DNA of 64,000 nt, taken from NCBI GenBank assembly GCA_010015805.1, contig ML978139.1, forward strand, positions 124,001-188,000. The letters are read 5' to 3'. How positions within the stretch are numbered: position 1 is the stretch's first letter; each line of letters opens with the position of its first letter. The notes under the pieces were generated by a model. The model did no database searches. It saw only the letters and a program-made list of their open reading frames with translations, and was not told the DNA's origin. The position numbers and the translations under genes are program-made. The stretch comes from Rhizodiscina lignyota (Eukaryota). Shown here piece after piece: positions 24,039 to 35,661 of the stretch.

Positions 24039-27000
24039 ATGGTTCTCACTCCCTCCTCCACGACCCGGATGAATCTCATGAATCCGCACCTGAGTTTACG
24101 GCTCACTCCCTCCTCCGCCGTAAATGCCAATTCACCTTATACGCCAGGGAAGTCCTCTCCGCTGCGGTCACCGGTTAAACCCGCAAGACCAGAGCTCGGA
24201 ATCACGCTCAAGCAGGTTATTGGAGCGACCGCGAACTCGAAGAACGCGTTTGATACCAATGGAGATTGCTTGGCATTCACGGCTGGTGCGGCGGCAGTAA
24301 TTGCAACGTATGATGGGGAGAAAAAGCACGTGGAACAAAGATTCTATCGTGCCCGGCCAACTGCAACTCCGCTGAACCCGACTCCGATCGTTTATGGAGA
24401 CTCTACACCCACACACGCGTCTGACAGTCGGACCCGTACAGCTGCAACATTACGCAGTGCAGGCGTGGGTATTTCACCCTTTGGGACGCCTAATACAGAT
24501 TGGAGTGACAATTCAACGGGCAAATCGTGGAGTGCAAAAGAGAGAGTCAAGGCAGCGACTTGCGTGTCTTTCAGCCCTAGTGGAAAATTTCTAGCCGTAG
24601 GAGAGGTATGCCTTTTACCCACTGCATCGTTTTAGAGTGGAGTCGCTGACGGCAAGACATAGACTGGATACAAACCACGCGTCCTTGTCTTCTCCACAGC
24701 ATCAGACGCGTCAACTGATATACCTTTGACTTCTCTCACCGACCACACTTTCGGCGTTCGATGCGTCGCTTTCAGCCCAGACTCACAGTACCTGGCCAGT
24801 CTGGGTGCCGCTAATGACGGCTTTTTATACATATGGAGAATCAACGATCGAAATGGGGCAGCTACGCTTTTTGCCAGCAATAAGTGTACAAGCAACATCA
24901 CTCAAATCGCATGGATTGGAAACAAGCTGGTAACGATTGGCACGCGTCATGTCAAGGTTTGGCGTGTAGAGGAGTCGAATCCTACAACGCCGGCCCGGCA
25001 AAGCGATGTGCTGCAGGCTTTGACGACTCCAGACCACAAGGCGCTTCTAGGCAGGAACTGTGTCCTTGGAGACCTGCTGGAAGCAACATTCACCACATTC
25101 GTTCCTTTGGGTATTTCGCAAGCTATAGTGTGTTCGGACAAGGGTACGGTGTGCCTTCTGAGCGATGAAGACGGCCATCAGCGCTTCGTCAAGCTAGCAG
25201 ACATGAGCTTCCCCATAACCGCAGCTATATTGATTGAAGGGGATCAGCTATTACTCTCCGGAGGGCAAGGCGAGATTAAACTGCTGAAATTCGACTCCAT
25301 GAAGCCTTCTCCGAGGATCACCAAACAGGTCCTAGATGTGAGCATTGTCGGGGAAGAGAAGAGATCTCTCATTGGGCAACAGATCGTTGCATTCTCACAG
25401 CTACGCAATCTGATCGGAACGCTGGACGTCAATGGTGTAATCCGTTTAGTGGAGGTCACTAATACTGATAACAATCGTACTACGTGGGAGGCGGCCTACA
25501 AACTTCCCGCTCATGGCGGGCCGGTGCTAGGCGTTAGAGCACTAGAATACGGAAACGCCACAGATGCATCCTTTTTCACATGGGCTGGTGATGGTACTGT
25601 TCTCTTCTGGGACTCTGAAGGCCATTGCACCAAGAAACTACAGATTGAAGTGGACCAACTGCCACTGGACGACGGTCTACCCAATGAATTGAAGGTAGCT
25701 AAGCTAGTGGCATCGAAAGGATTGTTGGTCACCGGCGATAAGTATGGCATCATGAGGTAAGCGATTCCCTAAGGTGTATCTGCAATTTCATATTGACGAC
25801 TTCTAGGATACACGACATCACGTCTGGAAAAGACATATCCTCGGTTCGGGCGCATGGTGGCGAGATCACAGACGTTGCAGTCCATGATTCAGAATCTCGA
25901 TATATTGCTACGTCCGGTCGTGATCGAACAGTCCAAGTTTTCACGGAGAGAGGCGACTCATGGGAGCTCCTCCACACGCTTGATGAACACGTGGGCGCTG
26001 TTAATGGTGTCCTCTTCTCTAAAGATGGCGAGAGACTCCTGTCCTGCTCCTCCGATCGAACGATTGTCGTGCGAGAATGTGTATCTCGAGAGCATGCGGG
26101 CGAATCAATGAGCGCATTTCTCATTGCCCGGACTATTACCTTGAAGGCTACCCCGATGGCCATGGTGTTCGACCCACTACAGGACAATACGTTGATCCTG
26201 TCTACAATTGATCGGTTCATGCACAGATATGATGTCCGGAATGGTCGGACTATCAGCGCGTTTAAGACGGGTGATACAGAAGGCGGTGATGCCGTTGTCA
26301 TGTCTTCATTGGTGCCAATCCCCACCTTAATGAACGGCTCCATGGTCGCAGCTTTATCCAGTACGGATAAATCTATTCGTCTGTACGACGAGTCTGGTAC
26401 CCTGCTGTCCAGAGACTGGGGCCACACGGAAGGTGTCACAGATATCGCGCTCATCGACTCGGGTGAGGCCTACTCGGCTGCCGGTACGAGCCAGAACACA
26501 CTTGTAACGGTCGCTCTCGATGGCACAATATTCTCTTGGCGAGTGGACCTTCGTCCGCATAAGCGACAAGAAATGTCTCGCTCATTAGATCTCCTCAACT
26601 CCAGTGGAACACCTAATGGTACACCTACAGCAGAGCGAGATTCTCTCATGAGTCGGCCACCTCTTCGAAGAGTCCTCAGCCAATCTGAACTGGCACGCTT
26701 TCAAAAAGGCGCCGACCTCGATGATACGCCCACCAAGGCTCCAGGGCAGCGGAGCCCACCCAGGATTCGCAAGCGTACGAGCAGGGTGAGCTTAATGCAA
26801 ACGCCAAAGCTCGAAGCCTCCCCTGCAGCAGCTCGAGTATCCAATATTAACTCCCCGCGTCGCAAATCCATCGTAAATCGGTCTCCCTCGCCACCTTCCC
26901 CGCGCTCCCGTGAAACTACGGCATCAAAGGCACGCAGACAGAACATCGACCCGCCGCCTCGCCGTACTTCTCTTTCACGGACGAAATCGATGGGAAATCT

Positions 27001-27496
27001 GCGAGAAGGGCCCATCTCTAATAACCACTCGTTGCTTGCGCGCGACACGGACTCTGTTTGCCGCGCTCTGCGACTGTATCGCAAGAAGCTATCAACGAGC
27101 ACCGAAAACCTATCGCCGGAGATGGTTAGAGAGTTGGAGAAGGAGCTTAGTCTTACCCTGAGGGTACTTGGGGAGAAAGTGGTGAGAAGCAGGCAGCGGC
27201 AGATGCAAAAAGAGAGGGAGAGAGGCGTAGATGAGGAAATGCTTGGAAGAGTGCTCGACCAGTATTCGAATCGCTTGTTCGAGATGCTAGACGAGCGGCT
27301 GGCCGGATTGAGTCTGGGAAAGTCTGCTGCTAGCAGTTCGGGGGCAGAAGATGGAGAAGATGGCGGAGGAGCAATCGGAGGCTTCCAAAGAAATGGGAGC
27401 TTAGAGAAGACGATTGAAGAAGTGCATGAGGATGATGATGGCTCTCATACAGAGGCTGGCGCAAGTAAGGATGGTGCAAGAGCTGGATCGATTTGA
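24039..27496 (+). CDS. WD40-repeat protein, WDR62/MABP1-like
   Basis: Three ORFs joined by introns at ~24606-24662 and ~25757-25806. Many WD repeats (HTFGVRCVAFSPDSQYLASLG, GFLYIW, WGHTEGVTD) and a Ser/Pro/Arg-rich, coiled-coil C-terminus. Confidence 0.88.
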
Positions 27497-28133
27497 TGGC
27501 GTTTTGAGAAAGGTATCGCAGAGAGCGATGGGCTCCATTGCTAAAAGTTGCGTTTTCTATTATAGGTGGAGTCATTTTTTCGAACTTCGATTATACCCCA
27601 GCGGCTGCAATACTTGCTGCTCGTATTTGGATAGGGATTTGATAGGGACTGGAATCGGCGTATGACGGCATTCAATCCACGCAATACATTTATTTCCCGG
27701 CCTTTGCTCGCATGGTTCCACTGTCATGTCCCCGTGTCGGGGATTCTGTTTCAAACAATTTGCAGAACTCTTCGTCGGCTGAGCCCGTCAACCGCATCCA
27801 GAAGCTTGCCTATTTCAAAGTATCAGGAGCTCCTCAACTGATGCGCCGGCCGGAAACACTCGGGGGCAGATGCGGCTCAGAGGAATAGCTGGGGCATCCG
27901 ACTCGCGCTTAGGCACGACCTCGGATACCTACATTTGTCCAGCCCAGTCGAGTCTCGCCCCAAGAACCAGGGTCAAGGGGAGTCCTTTTCCACGAGGAGG
28001 AATGCAGCACTACGTCGTGCTCGCAGAATAGCCGCCAACCACTACTGTAGGAACGTATCATTCGTATCCCGACCGATATTTCAGGTAGTAGCACAACCGC
28101 TCACCCAAGCAACGGCATCCTCCCGATCAAGAC

Positions 28134-28147
28134 TCCGGTCCGATGGA
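28134..28147. promoter_or_regulatory. FacB/Cat8 (CSRE)-type acetate-induction site in the acetyl-CoA synthetase promoter
   Basis: TCCGGTCCGATGGA fits TCC-N8-GGA. The reverse strand contains TCCATCGGACCG, one mismatch from the CSRE consensus YCCRTTNRNCCG. CreA-type SYGGRG hexamers flank it at 27889, 28230, 28331, 28394 and 28654. Confidence 0.55.
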
Positions 28148-28795
28148 TGCGGTTACGTAGCGCATACACGAAAAAGATCCTAGAGTCTCCCAATCTCGAT
28201 CCAAGAGACAGATGGGGAACTGAACTGTGGCGGAGAAGCCCTGGGATCATGTGGATGCACACCTCTGGTCCATTGACGCAAATCGCCGTACATTTTGGTC
28301 GACTGTCCAATGGTGGCGAGCTTCAGGGCGCCGGGGGAGAGTGCTCCAGGCTTGGTCGGACGACAGGAAACGTCACTCGCTGCTCGGCACAGTGCGGGGA
28401 GAGCTCGACATGCAAAGAACTGGATGCGCCCATGCGGCGCGCCGCTCAGATATTACCGTTGGTCCTGTCTGCGGATCGGTTTGTGACCATTAGCCCACGA
28501 GATATACATAAGCTGCGTCTTTTCTCGCGCGACGACACCCGCTCCTCAATTCCTCTCGTCTCTACCTGCTGTGCCTCTCAAGTGCATCGAGTCTCGTGTA
28601 CTCCGTAGCTTCGCGCATTGACCCTTGCAGGACCCCTCCATAAATACGCCATCGCGGAGCTGCCCCACATCCACAACACCTGACGCCGCGAATTTATTCG
28701 CGCCGCGGAATTGCACATCTCTTACCTTCAGTGTTTGGAGAGGGGAAACACCTAACACGAATTGAAAGCACATCAAGAAGAAAACACGTGCCGCC

Positions 28796-31306
28796 ATGTC
28801 TGAAGGCGATACTCAGCCGCCGAAGCAACCAGTGGTCACTGAGGCACACGAGGTCGACACATTCCACGGTAAGTCCTACGCCCTTCCGCGTCAATTGAGC
28901 ATGAAGACGGGACAGACTGCTGACTTGGACCACAGTTCCTAAGGCTTTCTTCAAGTAAGTCCATATCCACTCGTTTCCATTGAGAAGAACTTCGATCCTA
29001 CCAATATCCAGACTCCTGCCTCCGGGCGAAAGGAATGCCTGGGTAAATAGTAAGATGTGGTCACTAACACGCACCACCGCAGAAAACACCCAAGCAAGAC
29101 CCATATAAAAGATCTCGACGAGTACAAGAAGCTCTACAAGGAATCCATCGAGTCGCCTGATACCTTCTGGGCCGCACGCGCGCGCGAACTGCTCTCATGG
29201 GACCGCGACTTCCAAACCGTACGGAGCGGTGGCTTTGAGAATGGTGACAGCGCATGGTTTCTCGAGGGCCGCCTGAATGCGAGCTACAACTGCGTCGACC
29301 GCCATGCCTTTAAGAACCCTGACAAGCCTGCCATTATCTACGAGGCCGATGAGTACGATGGGGGCCGCACCATCTCGTACTCCGAGCTGCTGCGCGAAGT
29401 GAGCCAGCTCAGTTATGTGTTGAAAGAGATGGGCGTCAAGAAGGGCGATACCGTTGCGCTGTACCTGCCTATGATTCCGGAGGCTGTTGTTGCATTCCTT
29501 GCGTGCACGCGTATCGGTGCAATGCACTCTGTCGTCTTCGCCGGCTTCTCGTCCGACTCGCTGCGCGACAGGATCATCGATGCGAAGAGCAAGGTCGTGA
29601 TCACCACCGATGAGGGCAAGCGTGGAGGAAAGGTCATCGGCACAAAGAAGATTGTCGACGAGGCGCTCAAGCAGTGCCCCGATGTCACGGGCTGTCTCGT
29701 GTACAAGCGCACCGGCAGCGAGGTGCCGTGGACTAAGGACCGCGATCTCTGGTGGCACGAGGAGACTGAGAAGTACCCGAACTACATTGCACCTGAGCCC
29801 ATGAATTCTGAGGACCCGCTCTTCTTGCTGTACACATCTGGAAGCACTGGTAAGCCGAAGGGCGTCATGCACACGACTGCAGGCTACCTCCTCGGCGCTG
29901 CGATGACTGGCAAGTATGTCTTCGACATCCAGGACAACGACATCTTCTTCTGCGGCGGCGACGTGGGCTGGATCACTGGGCACACATACGTTGTCTACTC
30001 ACCTCTTCTACTGGGCGTTGCCACGGTTGTGTTCGAAGGTACACCTGCGTATCCCAACTTCAGCAGATATTGGGACGTCGTGGATAAGCACAATGTCAGC
30101 CAGTTCTATGTCGCTCCCACTGCGCTCAGGCTGCTTAAGCGTGCGGGTGATCAGCATGTCAAGCATAAGATGGAAAGCCTGAGAGTTTTGGGTAGTGTGG
30201 GAGAGCCGATTGCTGCGGAGGTGTGGAAGTGGTATTTTGAAGTTGTCGGCAAGGAGGAAGCTCACATCGTTGACGTAAGTCTTCCATGTTTCTGCCACCC
30301 CGATCATGTTTCATCCGTTGCAAAATCCATATATCTCTAATATTGTACAGACGTACTGGCAAACTGAAACCGGCTCCCACGTCATCACTCCCCTCGGTGG
30401 TATCACGCCTACCAAGCCTGGCTCCGCCTCTCTCCCCTTCTTCGGCATCGAGCCGGCCATCATCGACCCCGTCAGCGGCGAGGAGATCCACGGTAATGAT
30501 GTCGAGGGCGTTCTCGCGTTCAAGAAGCCATGGCCCAGCATGGCTCGCACAGTCTGGGGCGCACACAAGCGCTATATGGACACCTATCTCAACGTCTATA
30601 AGGGCTACTACTTCACGGGAGATGGCGCAGGACGCGATCATGAAGGCTACTACTGGATCCGCGGTCGTGTCGATGATGTAGTCAACGTCTCAGGCCATCG
30701 TCTGTCTACTGCTGAGATCGAGGCTGCGCTCATCGAGCACCATGCCGTTGCAGAGGCTGCGGTTGTTGGTATCAACGATGAGCTGACTGGGCAGGCGGTG
30801 AATGCGTTCGTGAGCTTGAAGGAGGGCAACGAGCACAACGACCAGATCAAGAAGGACTTGATCCTTCAGGTGAGGAAGAGCATTGGTCCATTTGCTGCGC
30901 CAAAGGCGGTGTTCACGGTCGAGGATCTGCCGAAGACAAGGAGTGGAAAGATCATGAGGAGGATCTTGAGAAAGGTGCTTGCGGGTGAGGAGGATCAATT
31001 GGGAGACACGAGTACGGTATGTGCCACTGTCATAATTCCGTCCTTGCTTTCGATTTGGTCTTGGCGCTTGCGTGGTTGGGGCCGAACGATGTGTAATCAG
31101 GCACATTGCGATCGTCCGCAATCGAGCAGTTCTTGGCTCACATTCATTTGTGGATATCAAAAGTGGCTCAGCAAGCGGGGAAAGCGAGGACAATATTTAA
31201 ATTTTCTGCTTTGGGGGTATTTGCTGACAGGTACATTTCTTGACAGCTCTCCGACCCGTCTGTCGTCGACAAGATCATCCAGACGGTCCACGCCGCGCGG
31301 AAATAA
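28796..31306 (+). CDS. facA: Acetyl-CoA synthetase
   Basis: [52 protein letters not shown]. Four introns, a 19-nt exon at 28936-28954, last intron 31017-31246. Confidence 0.98.
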
Positions 31307-32643
31307 GAATAGAGGCGCGGTGACGAGCTAGTTGGGCCAGTGTGAGCGATTGGAAAAGAGAAGGAAGAGACATGAGAGTTTTCTCTAGCGGCGGTGCAAC
31401 GCGATGAATTGGAACCGAGGCTGGAGTGCTATGGGCATGGACCGTCGATTGCAAATAATGGTTGCAAAAACAATTTTCCATGACATTTCTCGAATTTCAT
31501 CAATTTCCGTCGTCCTTGTCAACTAGTAGGTGTCCGATATGCTCCATAGTTTCGAAGGTGGATATCTCGCTTCAAAAGATTCGTCTGATTCGTCGACCGG
31601 CACAAAACTGCCTAGAAAGTACGGAAACACTTTGCAAGTGGCACGCCCTCGAGGTTGTGTTAGTGTGTAACGCTTGAGGGCGATCAGCACTTACACTCCG
31701 AGGTAAGTGAGACTATCTCTAAAAGCACAGTTAGACGCTCTTCGGAGCGTACTAAACATTAGCGAACCATTGAAAGCCTTGTACATGTTATTGATTACAG
31801 AGCCTCCACACTATTGCTGCTCAGCGTCTTGACAGCTGCGTCAAACCTTTTTGTCACCCTCGACTCTTCGCGACGCCCCAAGCCTTGACGGGCCGTGGTT
31901 CTTGGGCGTTTCCTCTGCCCAGAGTTCTGGTCGTGTGCTCGATGCGCGACTTGCAGAGTTCCAGATCTCGTGACGGGCGTAGACGGACGGGGATACGGCA
32001 TCAATAGTTTTGGATGGGTCATCCTTCTATGTATTGCCGGTTTGGTGGCTAGCCTGTTTGGCGGTTGGAGACACAGCAGTTTGAGGTTGGGCACCCTGTC
32101 ATTGTCAAGCACTAATGACCGTTATTTGTGTGACATGCCTTCAACGGTGAAGAATCGTGCGAAAAGCTGTGCAAAGCTCAAGATCAATGAACGGTTTATT
32201 ATCATCGCGACAACTCCACGTTGCCGAGCTGTTAGTGTGCTTGGCCTAAAAAAAGACGCGCGGCGCTGAACGGCAGGGGCTAAGAGGCCGTTGCTGCGCT
32301 GCGCTGCGCCCGCTCCTTCTCCGCCGCTGCAGAGGCTGGTCAGGCATTGCATACGAGTCGCGGATGATACGCAACACTCGAACATCCGAACACCAGCCCG
32401 CCCATCCATCGCTCACCTCCACATCTCCACCTATTCGCTCACTCACTTATCACTTCGACCCTCTCGCTCAACGGTCCGCGGGGCTACCTTCATCCTAAAC
32501 TCTTCGCCTCCTTAATATTTCATCGCGCAGACATGTCATTCGCTTCGCAGCTCTACTAAATCAGAAAAGCCCCCCTACCAGCCCACCTCCACCCTCACGA
32601 GACCGGCTTGGATTTCCGAGCCGGTCACCCTCACATACTCAAA

Positions 32644-35159
32644 ATGATACCCTCAATACGAGCGTCATTACAACTCCTCCTCGTCCTCCTCATATCCACT
32701 CTCGCCACAGCACATTCCGTCGCCCGCAATCCTCTCACCCGCCTCGCCACTGTCCGTAATCCGACGATCCAAACTCAGAATTATCGAGTAAATGCTCTGT
32801 CCACATTCGACCTCACATTCGACGCATTCGACACGCGAATACGCCTCTCCCTCGAGCCTAACCACGATGTCATCGCCCCGGGGGCGCGAGTTTCGTATTT
32901 GGGCCCTGATGGAGAGGTTGAGCGCGAAGAGGAGATTCAGAGGCTAGATCATAAGGTTTTTAAGGGAACGGCTTGGAGAAAGGACAGTGCGGACATGTGG
33001 CAGCTTGTAGGCTGGGCCCGTGTATTCGTGAGAAGAGATGGCGTCAATCCACTGTTCGAAGGCGCCTTCAGCATCAACCATAATCATCATCACATCCAGA
33101 TGAGCAGCAGTTACATTTCCACAAAGAATACGCTAGATCCGGAGCTGGATTGGAGCAGTGCGGAAGATGAATTCCTGGTTGTGTGGCGGGATAGCGACAT
33201 CAGCAAGTTGAACGTGCACTCAGAATTGAAAAGAGACTTGGAAGACAGGCTGGCATGTGGCAGCGACAAGTTGGAATTCAATATGGGCGAGCAGAATCCG
33301 CTGTATGTTGGCAGCATGATGAAACGCGAGGACAGCAGCGTTTGGAACGCGCCGATTGGAAATATGTTCAGCAAGAGGCAAATAGACAGCACACCTGGCT
33401 CAGGCAATTCTGCAGGCGTGAATCTTGCAAGCACGATTGGGAATCCTGCAGGTTGCCCCACAACCAGGAAAGTTGCGCTCGTCGGAGTCGCGACAGACTG
33501 CACGTATACCGGCACCTTCAACAGCACCCAGACCACGCGCGAGCATGTCATCACCCAGATGAACACCGCGAGCAACTTATACGAGCACACATTCAATATT
33601 TCGCTCGGTCTGCAGAATTTGACGATCAGCCCATCGAATTGCCCCGGCAGTCCGCAGCAGGCGTCTCCTTGGAACCAACCGTGCAGCGACAATGTCAATA
33701 TACAGGATCGATTGAACCTGTTTAGCGCATGGAGGGGTACGAAAGATGATGATAATAGCCATTGGACGCTGTTGACGAATTGCAATTCTGGCTCTGCTGT
33801 TGGATTAGCCTGGCTGGGTATGGCGTGCGTTAATACGGCGCAGACTTCGAACAGTAGCTCCGGCACGGAGACCTCGAGCGGCGCGAACGTTGTAGCGAAG
33901 ACACCTGAAGAGTGGCAAGTCATTGCACACGAGACAGGTCACACTTTTGGTGCTGTTCACGATTGTACCTCGCAGACCTGCTCCGACGGCACCGTCACCG
34001 CGCAGCAATGCTGTCCCCTTAGCGCTAAAACCTGCGATGCCGGAGAAAAATACATCATGAACCCGTCTACTGCCGAAGGTATTACCACCTTCTCACCCTG
34101 CACTCTCGGTAACATCTGTGCCGCTATGGGCCGCAACAGCGTCAACACACAGTGCTTCAAGGACAACAAAGGCGTCACCACAATCTCTGGACAGCAATGC
34201 GGCAATGGCATTGTCGAAGAAGGCGAAGAGTGCGATTGCGGCGGCACAGAAGGGTGTGGCGATAACGCGTGCTGCGATCCGACGACGTGCAAGTTCAAGT
34301 CCGGTGCTGTGTGCGACGACTCAAACGAGGATTGCTGCCGTTCTTGCCAGTTCGCGTCCGCTGGAACTGTCTGCCGTCCTAGCACTGGTGACTGCGATCC
34401 CCAGGAGACTTGCCCTGGAAACTCACCGACTTGTCCCTCCGACATCACCTCTCCGAATGGCCAGAGCTGTGGAAATGGCCTCACGTGTGCGAGCGGCCAG
34501 TGCACCAGCAGAGACCAGCAGTGCAAGACCGTCATGGGCAGCTACACAAGCGGAAACGATACTTATGCATGCGATAGCTACACGTGCAGTCTCAGCTGTG
34601 CGAGTCCAGAATTTGGACAGGGAGTGTGTTACGGGCTTCAGCAGAACTTCCTAGATGGAACGACGTGTGGCGGTGGAGGCACTTGCAAGAATGTGAGTGT
34701 TCCTTCATCATTAATGATTTTTACCCTATAACATACTGACATATATCGTCACAGGGTCAATGCAAAGGCTCCAATGTAGGCAAAGAGATCAAATCCTGGA
34801 TTGACGACCACAAACCCCTCGTCATTGGGATTTGTGCCGGCGTCGGCGGCCTCATCCTCCTCGCGATCCTCAGTTGCTGTTGGTCGAGTTATCGAAGAAG
34901 ACAGCGGCGCAGAGCGCTCGCACGCAACAAGGTTGTCTCAGGCAGCAGCTGGGTCGGCCCTCCCCCTCAAGGCATGAGAGGTAGCCGCAGTCAGATGCAG
35001 ATGCAGCCGCCGCCGCCATGGGCGCAGCAATTACCCCCACCATATAATCAGAGCAGAGGCAGTGTCATGAGCGGTGCCAATGGAGCACCCCGTGGGGGAG
35101 GATGGAATGGACCGCCCCCGCCGGCTTTCCAGAGGACTCAGAGCGTGAGATATGCATAG
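32644..35159 (+). CDS. Fungal ADAM (disintegrin and metalloprotease), ADM-B-like
   Basis: Signal peptide, prodomain with KR sites, HETGHTFGAVHD zinc motif, Met-turn YIMNP, disintegrin CGNGIVEEGEECDCG, Cys-rich region, TM helix and Pro-rich tail. One intron at ~34693-34754. Confidence 0.95.
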
Positions 35160-35661
35160 ATTCGCACCAGATCCTGAAAGAATTTTGTAGATGGGAAATA
35201 TTCTTGTACGTCATTTGACTTGATGATGTTGACGATACGCTCCTTGCATTGGGTGGGAGGAATCGGCGTTTAATATTGGGTCATTTGAGCTTGGATAGCA
35301 TCAAGGAAGCCGATCATATGTATGGTGCTCTAAGGTAAAGAGCAGCGGGACTGATCGATTGTAAATAGTTAGATGGAATCAATGTGTACAGGTGGCGACC
35401 ATCAACGGGACTTCATGTGCGAATTGATGTACTTTTGTTGACTTGCCCACCAGGGCCACGCGTGACCTCTGAGGGGGGGGGGCCGGGGCGGGAGCTATGA
35501 AGCTTTGACCATGAACGTCACAATCTAGAAGAACGAGGCACGACTGCTTCAATGCTGGCCTCATAATCTCTACTCGAAATGCGATTCACTCTTAGATACC
35601 GCCTTGCTTCTATACCCAGTGCAGAACGATAGCATGAAGCAGTGTCAGAAGCTTTGCCATC

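Noticed and set aside
29195..29983. 262-aa antisense ORF inside the acetyl-CoA synthetase gene (similar antisense ORFs overlap ADAM, WD40, PRS and RPS6)
   Set aside because: Shadow ORFs produced by codon bias on the sense strand; no recognisable motifs.
31304..31331. Stop-codon readthrough creating a cryptic peroxisomal signal on acetyl-CoA synthetase
   Set aside because: The stop context is TAA GAA TAG, not TGA CTA, and no SKL-like end results.
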